A stretch of DNA of 63,609 nucleotides, counting the filler, from Candidatus Nanoarchaeia archaeon (GTDB taxonomy: Archaea; Nanobdellota; Nanobdellia; Woesearchaeales; DATDTY01): NCBI GenBank assembly GCA_035290625.1. It is 5 parts of 5 records of this genome, joined end to end, with 100 filler letters (N's around TTAATTAATTAA, not from the genome) between each part and the next. Parts side by side here need not be neighbours in the genome. Positions count along the whole stretch, not along the records: positions 15,599 to 30,735 come from DATDTY010000031.1; 4 more parts are not named here. One strand, given 5' to 3'. The notes beneath the pieces were generated by a model that was given only the letters and a program-made list of their open reading frames with translations, ran no database searches and had not been told where the DNA came from. Below, piece after piece: positions 18,159-27,894 of this stretch; positions within the stretch are counted from its first letter, which is position 1; every line of letters starts with the position of its first letter. The position numbers were made by a program, and so were the translations under genes.

Positions 18159-18889
18159 TACTTCTTCTTCAGCTCCCGAATTGCCTTGTCGATCTTCTGC
18201 CTTGAGATCTTCGTGAATTTCCGCTCTGCTGTTGTGATATAGGCTGCATCTATCCTGTCTGCATTCAGATTCTTGTCTAATATCTTCCGAAGGCTCTGCA
18301 AACACAACATGAACCCCTCCTCAATTGTCATCTTCTCAGAATACTCTTTATGGAGGATCGGCTCAATCTCAGCTTCGCCTTCACCAATGACGCTTGCCTT
18401 GTATTGGAAGAAGATCCCTGTTGGGTCAGTCTCAAACAGCTTTGGCCCGTCAGGATCTATGCCTGCAATCAGCAACGCAACCCCAAAAGGCCTCAAACCG
18501 CCTGACTGGGTGCAAATCTGGCATAAATCAGAAACCTCCTTGACGACTGACTTGACGTCAATCTCTGAATCGAATGTAATCCGGTTCTGGTGCGCCCTCA
18601 ACTGGGCGCGCTCAATCAAGACCCTGGCATCAGACAAAATCCCCGAGGCACTTGTGGCAATGTGGTCATCAATCTGCCAGATCTTGTCCACAGATTCAGG
18701 CACAATCAAAACGTCAACAATCCTCTTGTCTGTAACCAATAATACGCCGTCGGAGCATACCATGCCGATGGCTGTAGAGCCCTGCTTCACGGTTTTTTTG
18801 GCGTACTCCACCTGGAGAAGCCTTCCGTCCGGGCTGAACATAGTTATTGCCCTGTCATATCCCATAATCTGATGTGGCATTGGCTGCAT
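18158..18889 (-). CDS. psmA: Proteasome alpha subunit
   Basis: GYDRAITMFSPDGRLLQVEYA. Confidence 0.97.
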   Translation of the reverse strand: MQPMPHQIMGYDRAITMFSPDGRLLQVEYAKKTVKQGSTAIGMVCSDGVLLVTDKRIVDVLIVPESVDKIWQIDDHIATSASGILSDARVLIERAQLRAHQNRITFDSEIDVKSVVKEVSDLCQICTQSGGLRPFGVALLIAGIDPDGPKLFETDPTGIFFQYKASVIGEGEAEIEPILHKEYSEKMTIEEGFMLCLQSLRKILDKNLNADRIDAAYITTAERKFTKISRQKIDKAIRELKKK

Positions 18890-19227
18890 TATCTCACCCC
18901 CTCTGTCCTCTGGATTGCTTTTTGTACCATACCGCTAACTCCTAGTGACCTGCAAATAACCTCTTTTCCCTGAATCCTGACGAAGCAAAAGCCTGCCTTG
19001 AGATGGTCTACAAACCTGTGCCCAATGCGGATAACTCCTCTCTGGTTTTTCCAGACATCTATAAATTGCACTCCAAACTTGCTTGCTCCTGCAACCCCGA
19101 ACAGGCTGTGAAGGCTCTGCAAAATCGCTCTCTGGGCATCTCCGAAGCGGGCCGGACTCGCAGACATAATCTCAAACGCCACATATCGCTTCTTTTCCCG
19201 CAAACTTGGCTGCAAGGCCTTAATCAT
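18889..19227 (-). CDS. rnp2: RNase P protein Pop5/Rpp14
   Basis: PSLREKKRYVAF, SLGVSG; canonical position before psmA. Confidence 0.88.
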   Translation of the reverse strand: MIKALQPSLREKKRYVAFEIMSASPARFGDAQRAILQSLHSLFGVAGASKFGVQFIDVWKNQRGVIRIGHRFVDHLKAGFCFVRIQGKEVICRSLGVSGMVQKAIQRTEGVR

Positions 19228-19289
19228 CTGTCCTCTCTGAGAAAACAGTGTTCTGCTTCTCTCTCATTCACCTACTGCGGAATCCATGA

Positions 19290-20894
19290 TTATTTATAAA
19301 TCTTTGGGTTTCGAACAGCCAGATACGCAACTACACCTAAAACTCCCAGCAGGATGATGTTTATTGCGGCAAAAAGACGGCTTGTGGAGCCTAAAAGCCA
19401 GCCTTTTGTTTCCCACGATGACGAAATACTATCTGTCTCATCTGGTTCAGCAGGCCTGGATTCCTGGCCTAATTGAGGGGCTTCAGCAGCTTCTTGAGGA
19501 ACAGCTTCCAGAGAAGGGCTTTCTTCTTGGGCTATTCGCTCTGCCTCTTCAACCATCTCCTCAACCACAGTCTCATATTCGAATCTTTGTGTTAGACGCT
19601 CCCCAAATTCTGTGGCATACGCTATCTGGACAAGATAGCTGTACACCCCCCTCTCAGCAGTGTAGGAGAAGCTTGCGATATCCTTATCCTCAATGAGTTC
19701 TCCCAATGTGATTTGCGCTGGCTGAATTCCAGGGATTGATGTCTCGGTTGTGATCTGTACATCCCTCATCTTTTGTGATGATGGATTGTATACTGTTGCT
19801 GCGAAATCAACCCTCTCGCCTGGCTGCGCTCTTTCTTTTGCCTGGAACCTGATGCCTGGTTCAGGTGCAAGTACGGTGAGTGGGATCTCAATGTTTTGCT
19901 CTTCTGCGAATCCATTGATGCGGCTCTCAATAACTGCTTTTATAGGCGTCCTGCCTGAGCGCGTTCCTGAGAAATTGACAACAAGCAGCTCTCCCTTTTT
20001 GCTATCGAGAGATATCCTCTTTGTGAGTTTTGTGCCGTCCTTCTCGAAGCCGTGGCTTCGCATTCCAAATACAGTCCCTGGCGGAAACATAAGCTCAATG
20101 GCTCCGCTGGACTCATGTTCCGGGTTGGTATTGGTGATGTTGATCTCAAGCCTGTTTGACCTTCCGATACTGCTTGCATTCTCTGCAAGCCTAGGGACAG
20201 CCTGTATTGCTGCATTGAATACCTCGATCTTTGACTTCAGCGAATCAGTTTTTGCGCTGCTGCCATCAAAATAGACAACTTCTGCAACACTGTCATTTTT
20301 TCCGCCGGATTTTCCAGCAATAGTGTATCTGCAGGCATGCTCCTGCCCAGCCTCCAACGCTCCTTCCCACTTGTATACGCTGCCTGAAAGCGAACAGCCT
20401 TCTACATTGATGGTAAGTCCTATTGTCGAAGGATACCTGTCAACAAAAACAACGTCTGCTGCTTTCCAGTCTCCGGTATTCTTTAGTGCAACAGCAACAT
20501 CAGTCTCCTGGCCAATAAGCAGTGCGGCATCATCGATTGTCTTGGTGAGCTGGACTGATGCGGTTTTTGAATAGATGCTGAGCGACGCCTCCCACACATT
20601 TTTGTGCGTGGCATTCGGATAGGTGAAATAGATCGAGTTCAGGCAGAACTGGATATTGCCCTCCTCTTTGCACGAAGCATTTCCCACAATCATGCTCTTC
20701 CCAGCAGATTCAAGAAGAACCTCAGCAGGAGCAGCATATCTGTCCTGGTCTGAGAACCTAATCCTATACGCAGTGCCATCAACAGTAATGTTGTTGCCTG
20801 ATGCATAGGTTCCTGTGGAAATCAGCTGGGCTCCGAGAGCCGTTTGAGCCAATGTCAAAAACATCCAACCCAGAAAAAAGCACCTCTTGAGCAT
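19290..20894 (-). CDS. Secreted, C-terminally anchored surface protein (DUF11/Ig-like)
   Basis: Signal peptide, LKNTGD-type strands, acidic linker, C-terminal TM. Confidence 0.7.
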   Translation of the reverse strand: MLKRCFFLGWMFLTLAQTALGAQLISTGTYASGNNITVDGTAYRIRFSDQDRYAAPAEVLLESAGKSMIVGNASCKEEGNIQFCLNSIYFTYPNATHKNVWEASLSIYSKTASVQLTKTIDDAALLIGQETDVAVALKNTGDWKAADVVFVDRYPSTIGLTINVEGCSLSGSVYKWEGALEAGQEHACRYTIAGKSGGKNDSVAEVVYFDGSSAKTDSLKSKIEVFNAAIQAVPRLAENASSIGRSNRLEINITNTNPEHESSGAIELMFPPGTVFGMRSHGFEKDGTKLTKRISLDSKKGELLVVNFSGTRSGRTPIKAVIESRINGFAEEQNIEIPLTVLAPEPGIRFQAKERAQPGERVDFAATVYNPSSQKMRDVQITTETSIPGIQPAQITLGELIEDKDIASFSYTAERGVYSYLVQIAYATEFGERLTQRFEYETVVEEMVEEAERIAQEESPSLEAVPQEAAEAPQLGQESRPAEPDETDSISSSWETKGWLLGSTSRLFAAINIILLGVLGVVAYLAVRNPKIYK

Positions 20895-20937
20895 AGGGTG
20901 TTTTGAAGAATTGGGTTATATATAGTTATCGATGTCT

Positions 20938-21384
20938 TCACGGCACAACCGTAATCAACTGGCCTGTGGTAGATTTTGCTAATCCAGCAGAGCCGACAGA
21001 ATAGTCCACTGCCAGACTCCCTTTTATCTTCTGTTTAGGATTAAGGCCTGCGGAGCATTCCAGTATAAAATCCGCCTCGCTGTCAGAACCAACAACTCCT
21101 CCTGCAGCAGCAGCGCAAGAGGGATCATCCAATGTTATGCTGCTCACAGAAACAGGATCAGGAAGGATATTCCTAAGCCTCAATGTAACTGTATCTGCAC
21201 TCGAACTCGTAGAAAACTCCTCGCAAAATATCCCGGAACTGGTCGCAATCAAGCATTTCTCAGGCAAAAACTGCTCGGCCTTGTTCACTCCGAAATATGC
21301 AAGCGCACCGATAGAAATAAGGACAACCAAGATGGCCCAGCCATAGGTCATCAAGAACTCCATGGCAGCCTGTCCTTTTCTCAT
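20938..21384 (-). CDS. Class III signal peptide pilin-like protein, paralogue 2
   Basis: MRKGQAAMEFLMTYGWAILVVL. Confidence 0.85.
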   Translation of the reverse strand: MRKGQAAMEFLMTYGWAILVVLISIGALAYFGVNKAEQFLPEKCLIATSSGIFCEEFSTSSSADTVTLRLRNILPDPVSVSSITLDDPSCAAAAGGVVGSDSEADFILECSAGLNPKQKIKGSLAVDYSVGSAGLAKSTTGQLITVVP

Positions 21385-21416
21385 AACAACTCACACCACG
21401 TGCTGTATAGTATCCA

Positions 21417-21491
21417 TCAATTGATATACCTCAATTATATGTCTCAAATTATATATCTCAATTATGTACTGTATACTTAATCAATTATTAA
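21417..21491. repeat. AT-rich imperfect tandem repeats
   Basis: TCAATTGATATACC, TCAATTATATGTC, TCAAATTATATATC, TCAATTATGTAC, then TCAATTATTAA. Confidence 0.65.
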
Positions 21492-21562
21492 TCACTTTTA
21501 TATCCTCATTATCAATCATACTAAATAAACCTTCTTAAAACAAGAATAAAAAGAAAAAAAAT

Positions 21563-22021
21563 TTATGGAACCGTAGTCACAATCTGCCCTGTCGCGCTCT
21601 TTGGAAGCCCAGACCCTGCCGCTGAACCGGCATCAAAAGCAACGGTGATTGCTCCTTTGATCTTGTCGCCTGATGTAAGGCCTCCTGCGCATGCAAGCAC
21701 AAAGTCTGCGGTTGCATCAGCCGCAATCTGCGTGTCTGCTGTTGCGAAGCTACAGCTTGGAGCGCTTATCGTGATAGAATCAACCCAGGCACTCTCAGTG
21801 AGGATATTATGGATCCTCAGCGTTACAGTATCTGCGGATGCGCTTGAGGAGAACTCATCACAGAACAGCCCAGATCCTGTGCTAATCACGCATTTCTCTG
21901 GCAGGAATCTATCAGGGCTCAGCACTCCGAAATAGGCAAGTGCCCCAATCGCAACAAGAACAACCAAGATGGCCCAGCCATACGTCATAAGGAACTCCAT
22001 GGCAGCCTGTCCTTTCTTCAT
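21563..22021 (-). CDS. Class III signal peptide pilin-like protein, paralogue 1
   Basis: MKKGQAAMEFLMTYGWAILVVL; SD GGTGA; similar along its length to 20938-21384. Confidence 0.87.
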   Translation of the reverse strand: MKKGQAAMEFLMTYGWAILVVLVAIGALAYFGVLSPDRFLPEKCVISTGSGLFCDEFSSSASADTVTLRIHNILTESAWVDSITISAPSCSFATADTQIAADATADFVLACAGGLTSGDKIKGAITVAFDAGSAAGSGLPKSATGQIVTTVP

Positions 22022-22257
22022 ATCATCACCTCTCCTCTTTTTGTAAATAGCATTATTCCTATTCTTGGCAATTCCCCTATTTAAATCTTTTGATTAAAAC
22101 GAGGCGTTTTTGAGTCCGGCGCCAACCGAGGCTCCATTTTCCATAGGACCGAGCATCCAGACCTGAGCAACCTGGGTCGCTCGGATGAAACGAATTCAGG
22201 CAGCAAAAAAGAAACACTTAAAAAGAGCAGGAAATCTTTACCCTCAGGACATACGAA

Positions 22258-22974
22258 ATGATTCCACGAAAAATATTCTTTACCAAGGGCGTTGGTGTCC
22301 ATAAGCATTATCTGCAAAGCTTCGAGCTTGCGCTACGCAATGCAGGCATTGAAAAGGCGAATATTGTGAACGTGTCGAGCATTTTTCCGCCCAATGCCGA
22401 GGTTATCTCCAAAGAACAGGGGGTCAAATACGTGAAGCCCGGTGCAATAACCTTCTGCGTCATTGCACGGAATTCCACAAATGAGCCCAACCGACTGATT
22501 GCCGCTTCCATCGGAGCAGCGATCCCGGCTGACAAAGGGACATACGGCTATCTCAGCGAGCACCATCCAAACGGAGAGACAGAGGACAAGGCAGGGGACT
22601 ATGCCGAAGACCTTGCGGCAACGATGCTTGCAAGCACGCTTGGCCTCGAGTTTGACCCTGACAAGGCATGGGATGAGCGGAAGCAGGAATTTATGATGTC
22701 GGGGAAGATTGTCAAGACGCGCAATATCACCCAATCTGCGCAAGGAAATAAATACGGCTTGTGGACATCCGTCGTTGCTGTTGCAGTGCTCGTCACAGAC
22801 CAGATGATTGCAGACTATGCTGCAATGCAAGAGGCAGCCCAGGCAAATTCTGAAAACTTGGTGAAGGAGGATGCTCCCAAGGACAGCGCATTGAAGAACA
22901 GCATCAAGAAGCCCTTTTCCCTTGCCCGCTCTGTTTTTGGAAGGAAAAAGGAGCAGCAGCCAAAGCCGGCGTGA
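22258..22974 (+). CDS. pdaD: Pyruvoyl-dependent arginine decarboxylase
   Basis: [19 protein letters not shown] self-cleavage site, YGYLSEHH. Confidence 0.92.
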   Translation: MIPRKIFFTKGVGVHKHYLQSFELALRNAGIEKANIVNVSSIFPPNAEVISKEQGVKYVKPGAITFCVIARNSTNEPNRLIAASIGAAIPADKGTYGYLSEHHPNGETEDKAGDYAEDLAATMLASTLGLEFDPDKAWDERKQEFMMSGKIVKTRNITQSAQGNKYGLWTSVVAVAVLVTDQMIADYAAMQEAAQANSENLVKEDAPKDSALKNSIKKPFSLARSVFGRKKEQQPKPA

Positions 22975-22977
22975 ACA

Positions 22978-23182
22978 ACGCCCTTGAAAAGTTGCTCGCT
23001 TCGCTCGGCAGCGCCAGTACTCAAAAATGCTTCGCATTTTTGGTCGCTTCTGCGGAGCAGTTCGCCATGTGCAAATCAAGCAGAATAGCGACATTCTCCG
23101 AAGGCGCCAACCCTCTTGTCGTTGCGCCGCATCGCCTTTATGATGGCTCACAAGAGGGCGCCGCATGACTTTTCAATGGCGT
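22978..23182 (+). repeat. Folded intergenic element, copy A (with about 45-bp hairpin insert)
   Basis: Terminal IR ACGCCCTTGAAAAGT/ACTTTTCAATGGCGT; homologous to the reverse complement of 53309-53468. Confidence 0.85.
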
Positions 23183-23227
23183 CGCTTGAACAAAAGCTTA
23201 ATAAACACACTTTCTCTTATTGGCTGA

Positions 23228-24904
23228 ATGCAATTCTTTGAAGAGCATATCAGGAAGATCCTTGCAAAGCATACGAAGGCTGCTCCAGGGGCCTTCAGGC
23301 TTGAAATTCCTCCGTCACAAGAATTCGGCAACTATGCACTGCCCTGCTTCTCTCTTACAAAGATTGCCAAGTCTGCTCCGAGTGCGATAGCAAAGGATCT
23401 GCATGAAAAGATACTCCCCGACGAAATTATCGAACGGACTGAAGTCAAGGGGCCTTATCTTAACTTCTTCATACGCCAGGCATTGTTCGCTGAGAAGATC
23501 ATCCAATTGATTCAGACCAATGAGTTTAGGAGAGTGCCTCGTAAAAACAATACGGTTATGGTTGAGTTCTTCCACGCAAATACCCATAAAGCGGTCCATA
23601 TCGGGCATATCAGGAATATCTGCCTGGGAGAGTCTCTTTCGAGGATCCTGGAACAGAGAGGCTCTACGGTAATTCGAGTTAACTACCAGGGCGATATCGG
23701 CCCCCATGTAGCAAAATGCCTTTATGGGCTCCTCCACTCAAAGGAAAAGCCGCCTTTGCGCCATAGGGGTGTCTGGCTTGGAAAGGTCTACAGCCGGGCC
23801 CATGAGCTGGCAAAAGACCCAAAAGTCCAGGAGGAACTCCGCACCATCAACAAGAATCTGTATGCAGGCGACCCGAAGATCATCAAACTCTGGAAAAAAA
23901 CCAGGAAGTATTGCCTTGACGATTTTGAGGAACTTTACCGCGAATTTGACGTCAAATTCAAGCGGCTGTATTTTGAAAGCGAGGTTGAAAAACACGGAAT
24001 CGAGCTTGCAAAACATCTTTTGGCGGAAGGGATTGCTAAAGAAAGCGAAGGCGCTGTCATTGTTGACCTCAAGAGCTATGGGCTCTCCGTCTATGTGCTG
24101 CTGACAAAAGACAAGCATGCCGTGTACCACACAAAAGACCTTGCCCTTGCTGAGCTCAAGGCAAAGGAGTACCCTCGCGTTGACCTTTCGATCCATGTGG
24201 TGGGAAAGGAGCAGGAGCTTTACTTCAGGCAGCTCTTCAAGACCTTTGAACTCATCAATTCTCCGATGAAAGGAAAGTCGCATCATGTGATCTATGGCCT
24301 GGTCATGCTGCCTGAGGGAAAGATGTCTTCCCGCGAAGGAACGGTTGTGCTTTATGATGATCTTATTCAAACCATGCTGAAGAGGGCTTCCCAGGAGGTT
24401 GCCAAGAGGCACTCGTGGACAAAGAAAAAGATTGACGCGTCTGCCAAGGCTATAGCATTTGGAGCGCTCAAATACAGCATGCTCTCACGTGAGAACAACC
24501 GGGAAATTATCTTTGACTGGGATACCGCATTGTCTTTTGAAGGCGAGACTGGGCCTTACATCCAGTATGCCTATGCGCGGATATGCTCAATCCTCAGAAA
24601 ATGCAAAAGGGGCGCTAAGCCCAACTTTGGGTTGCTGAACTCTGAGAAGGAGCTGGGCCTGCTCTCTGCACTGGCTGGATTCCCGGGAGCGGTTGAGCAT
24701 GCTGCCCAGAACTACTCTCCCCACACTGTAGCAAATTATGCCTATACTGTGGCAAAAGCATTCAGCGAATTTTATACCAGCAATCGGGTGATCCAGGAAG
24801 ACAAGGCCTTGGAGGCAGCAAGGATAAGCCTCATCACATCAACAAAGGCAGTCCTTGAGGAATCTCTCCGCCTGCTTGGCATCACAGCACCGCAAGAAAT
24901 GTGA
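23228..24904 (+). CDS. argS: Arginine--tRNA ligase
   Basis: HIGH, KMSSR, GETGPYIQYAYAR, C-terminal PQEM. Confidence 0.97.
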   Translation: MQFFEEHIRKILAKHTKAAPGAFRLEIPPSQEFGNYALPCFSLTKIAKSAPSAIAKDLHEKILPDEIIERTEVKGPYLNFFIRQALFAEKIIQLIQTNEFRRVPRKNNTVMVEFFHANTHKAVHIGHIRNICLGESLSRILEQRGSTVIRVNYQGDIGPHVAKCLYGLLHSKEKPPLRHRGVWLGKVYSRAHELAKDPKVQEELRTINKNLYAGDPKIIKLWKKTRKYCLDDFEELYREFDVKFKRLYFESEVEKHGIELAKHLLAEGIAKESEGAVIVDLKSYGLSVYVLLTKDKHAVYHTKDLALAELKAKEYPRVDLSIHVVGKEQELYFRQLFKTFELINSPMKGKSHHVIYGLVMLPEGKMSSREGTVVLYDDLIQTMLKRASQEVAKRHSWTKKKIDASAKAIAFGALKYSMLSRENNREIIFDWDTALSFEGETGPYIQYAYARICSILRKCKRGAKPNFGLLNSEKELGLLSALAGFPGAVEHAAQNYSPHTVANYAYTVAKAFSEFYTSNRVIQEDKALEAARISLITSTKAVLEESLRLLGITAPQEM

Positions 24905-24905
24905 G

Positions 24906-25169
24906 TTATCTCCTCTTCTGAACATTCTTCGGAGTATCCCTCCATTCAAGGCTTCGCCTTTTGATCGCATCTGAGTACACTGCCATAAGAAACAGTGCGT
25001 AGCCAAGCAAAAAAATACCAAGCGATTGGATAAGGCCATTTCCTCCTGGCGAAAGAAACTCTCCCCGAAAAGCAGGCTGTGGCTGGGCCAGAAGATACCC
25101 TATCCAGAGGAAGGCGAGCACAAAAGGAGAGAACAGAATGCAATGCTTCGTGATACTTTTCCTTTCCAT
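24906..25169 (-). CDS. Small hypothetical membrane protein
   Basis: Two hydrophobic segments; TTTTATA-like element upstream. Confidence 0.5.
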   Translation of the reverse strand: MERKSITKHCILFSPFVLAFLWIGYLLAQPQPAFRGEFLSPGGNGLIQSLGIFLLGYALFLMAVYSDAIKRRSLEWRDTPKNVQKRR

Positions 25170-25230
25170 AAGCACAAGCCTCGGTTAACTGCAGTATCTT
25201 GTTCTACTATAAAAACGTTTCATTACATAC

Positions 25231-25393
25231 GGCTGCGGTGAAAATCAATGCTGCCGCCTCTTTGCGAGGCTCTTAAAGAGTACTATGACCTGAGTTGAGG
25301 GGGACGCCCCATCGGAGGATATGTCGCTTTACGCTAAAACATGAAGAGCCGAGCCCGGCACTGCCTGCGAAGCAGAATGATTCCAGCAGAGCC
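25231..25393 (-). repeat. Folded intergenic element, copy B (degenerate)
   Basis: Imperfect IR GGCTGCGGTGAAAATCA/TGATTCCAGCAGAGCC; collinear blocks with 53309-53468 (TCTTAAA, ATGTCGCT, GCGAAGC). Confidence 0.65.
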
Positions 25394-25444
25394 ATTACCC
25401 GCCAAAGCCGCAACCATTAAATATCCTTAGATAACGGTTTCTCC

Positions 25445-26239
25445 ATGCTCAAGCCGAACATCACTCCTGACAGCAAGATGGCGGAACTGCAGGAGAAGCT
25501 CAAGAAGATGTCTCCGGAGGAGCTTAGGGAGTTCCAAAAGAAGCAGTGCGTATTCTGCCAGATCATCTCAGGAAAGATTCCATCAAAGAAGGTGTATGAG
25601 GATGCAGTCAGCTTTTCTGTCCTGGATATCAACCCTGCAAATCTCGGCCATATGCTTCTGATGCCCAAGGAGCATTACTCGATCATGCCTCAAGTCCCTG
25701 ATGCGGATCTCAAACATCTATTCAAGGTTGCGAAGAGCCTTTCCTCAATTGCCCTTAAGGGCCTGAAGGCAGAGGGCACAAGCATCTTTATAGCAAACGG
25801 AGCAGCAGCGGGCCAGCGCGCCACCCATTTTATGGTCCATATCATCCCAAGAACGCAGGATGATCATGTGCCGCTTTCCATCCCTCAAAAAAACGTTCAA
25901 AAAGAGAGCCTGGAGAAGATCCGTATCCAACTCTCCAAAAAGGTTGAAGAGCTGCTCGGACCGGGCTATACAGAATTCGATACAAAGAGTGTACAAGAGC
26001 GTGCACAGGCAAAACCTGAATCAAACCGCTTTGAGCAGCCGATCCTGGAGGCAGAGTATACTGAGCCAAAGGCTGAGCCGAAGCAACAAAAAGAACAGCC
26101 AAAGACAGAGCTCAAGAAAGGGCATCTGAAATCGCCTCGTAAAAAAGAATCCAAAGAATTCAAAAAGGGCGAGCCCAGGAAAGAAACTACGGGAGAATCC
26201 TCCCTTGACGAAATCGCCCGGGTCCTGGGAGGAAACTGA
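25445..26239 (+). CDS. HIT-family protein with degenerate triad and low-complexity tail
   Basis: CVFCQI, LDINPANLGHMLLMPKEH, AGQRATHFMVHIIPR. Confidence 0.88.
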   Translation: MLKPNITPDSKMAELQEKLKKMSPEELREFQKKQCVFCQIISGKIPSKKVYEDAVSFSVLDINPANLGHMLLMPKEHYSIMPQVPDADLKHLFKVAKSLSSIALKGLKAEGTSIFIANGAAAGQRATHFMVHIIPRTQDDHVPLSIPQKNVQKESLEKIRIQLSKKVEELLGPGYTEFDTKSVQERAQAKPESNRFEQPILEAEYTEPKAEPKQQKEQPKTELKKGHLKSPRKKESKEFKKGEPRKETTGESSLDEIARVLGGN

Positions 26240-26766
26240 TGGGCTGCGTCTATTGTGAACTGAGGGATGGCCAGCGCGGAATTAAAAAGGTCTATAAGGA
26301 CGAGAGCACCTTTGCGGTCCTGCATCCAAATCCGGCAGTGCCTGGACATGTCGTTGTGATGCCCAAAGAGCACGTCACCATCCTTGAGCAGCTCTCTGAT
26401 TTTGAGGTTGAGCAGCTCTTTACAACAACCAACGCGCTCTCAAAGCTTCTCTTTGAGGCTCTGCCTATCCAAGGAACAAACATTATTATCCAGAATGGAT
26501 CCACTGCCGGGCAGGAGATTCCACATGTTGCAGTCCATCTTATCCCAAGATTCGAGGGAGACGGGCTCAGCTTTGAGTGGGAGCCGAAAAAGTATTCGGA
26601 TCAGGAAATGTCGACGGTAGAGGTCCTTTTCCGGGAACTTGCAAAGCAGCTTACCTTTGATCATGGTACGAAAAAAGAGGTTAGGCTGGAGCCAAAAAAG
26701 GAGGTTCTGAAGGAAGAGCCCGGAGCAGAGAATGTTATGCTGCGGCACCTGAACCGGATACCTTAA
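26239..26766 (+). CDS. HIT-family protein with degenerate triad
   Basis: CVYC, PGHVVVMPKEH, AGQEIPHVAVHLIPR. Confidence 0.88.
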   Translation: MGCVYCELRDGQRGIKKVYKDESTFAVLHPNPAVPGHVVVMPKEHVTILEQLSDFEVEQLFTTTNALSKLLFEALPIQGTNIIIQNGSTAGQEIPHVAVHLIPRFEGDGLSFEWEPKKYSDQEMSTVEVLFRELAKQLTFDHGTKKEVRLEPKKEVLKEEPGAENVMLRHLNRIP

Positions 26767-27071
26767 AAGCGGCGGAGCTTTCTCTCAAAATCAACAATCT
26801 TCCCTTTCTTTATGGAAATGCCTTCATTCTCTAAGAGCCAAATCTTTCCTTCCACTCCGCCTCTTCCACTGAATCTTCCAACACTTCCATCGCTCCGCAC
26901 TACACGGTGGCAAGGCACTTCAGGAGCATAGGGATTGAGCCTCATTGCGGTTCCAACAGCTTGGAAAGCCTTGCTGCCGACAGCCTTGGCAAGATCAGCG
27001 TAGGTTGTGACATTTCCTTTTGGCACCTTTCTGAGCTTTGCATAGACTTTTTCTTGGAAGCGGGTTGGCAT
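26763..27071 (-). CDS. MGMT-family O6-alkylguanine DNA-binding/methyltransferase protein
   Basis: VTTYADLA, AVGTAM, VPCHRVV. Confidence 0.9.
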   Translation of the reverse strand: MPTRFQEKVYAKLRKVPKGNVTTYADLAKAVGSKAFQAVGTAMRLNPYAPEVPCHRVVRSDGSVGRFSGRGGVEGKIWLLENEGISIKKGKIVDFERKLRRF

Positions 27072-27072
27072 G

Positions 27073-27702
27073 TTATTCCCGGAGACCTTTGGCAATTTTT
27101 ATAATCTCTTCTGGCTTGTCAGCTATAAAGTCCGGTTTTGCTCTCTCTAAAATCTTTCTCGAATTGAACCCCCAGGTTACTGCAATGATGGGGACCTTTG
27201 CTTTTCTGCATGCCTCTATATCTCTCACTTCGTCTCCGACGTAGATGGTCTCTGCTGGCTGAAGGCGATAGGTTTTAAGCAGTTTTTTCAGGGAGCGGTG
27301 CTTGCCGAACACCGAACTGTTTGAGAAGATGAAACTGAATGATGTAACGCCCTCTTTGACAAGAACCTTCTTTACAATCTCATCGCTGTTGGACGTGAGG
27401 ATTCCAAGACGAAACTGTCTTGAAAGCATTTTCACAGTGCTTGGGATTCCTTTAAAGAAGCGTATGCTGCTGGCCTTCGCTTCCATGATCTTCCTCGCCT
27501 TCCTCACATAGTAAGGAACCCTATAGACTGAAACCCCCAGATCCTTGGTAAAGATCTGTAATGCTGTTTTCTCCCTGAGCGATTCATTTGCTTTCAGCTG
27601 CGGCCGGTTTTCCTGCTTCGCAAGCTCATTCATGCATTCGATCATGATTCTGCCTGTGTCTGCAAGCGTTCCGTCGAAGTCGAAGATGATGGTGGTGAGC
27701 AT
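27073..27702 (-). CDS. HAD-superfamily hydrolase (phosphoglycolate phosphatase-like)
   Basis: FDFDGTL, LTSN, YVGDEVRD, VTWG. Confidence 0.92.
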   Translation of the reverse strand: MLTTIIFDFDGTLADTGRIMIECMNELAKQENRPQLKANESLREKTALQIFTKDLGVSVYRVPYYVRKARKIMEAKASSIRFFKGIPSTVKMLSRQFRLGILTSNSDEIVKKVLVKEGVTSFSFIFSNSSVFGKHRSLKKLLKTYRLQPAETIYVGDEVRDIEACRKAKVPIIAVTWGFNSRKILERAKPDFIADKPEEIIKIAKGLRE

Positions 27703-27756
27703 GCAGATATTGATTCCTTATTTATTTATATACTTTGACAAAATACCCCTATTAAA

Positions 27757-27828
27757 GGGCTCGTAGTTTAGTAGCAGAACACACCCCTCGCACGGGTGAG
27801 ATCCCGGGTGCGATTCCCGGCGAGTCCA
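27757..27828 (+). tRNA. tRNA-Ala (anticodon CGC)
   Basis: Acceptor GGGCTCG/CGAGTCC with G3:U70, anticodon arm CACCC-CTCGCAC-GGGTG, T arm CCGGG-TGCGATT-CCCGG, discriminator A, no encoded CCA. Confidence 0.93.
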
Positions 27829-27894
27829 TGACGAGCCGGACCAGGAACGCAGTTCCGCTGCCCGGCGAGTCGATCGAGCCAATAAATTCTCCCT

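Noticed and set aside
22149..22184. Hairpin upstream of pdaD as riboswitch or SRP RNA fragment
   Set aside because: Single copy, lacks the SRP GNRA helix-8 tip, and probably lies upstream of the promoter
22971..23168. ORFs 22971-23168 and 53379-53603
   Set aside because: Fall within the palindromic repeat elements; no protein-like features
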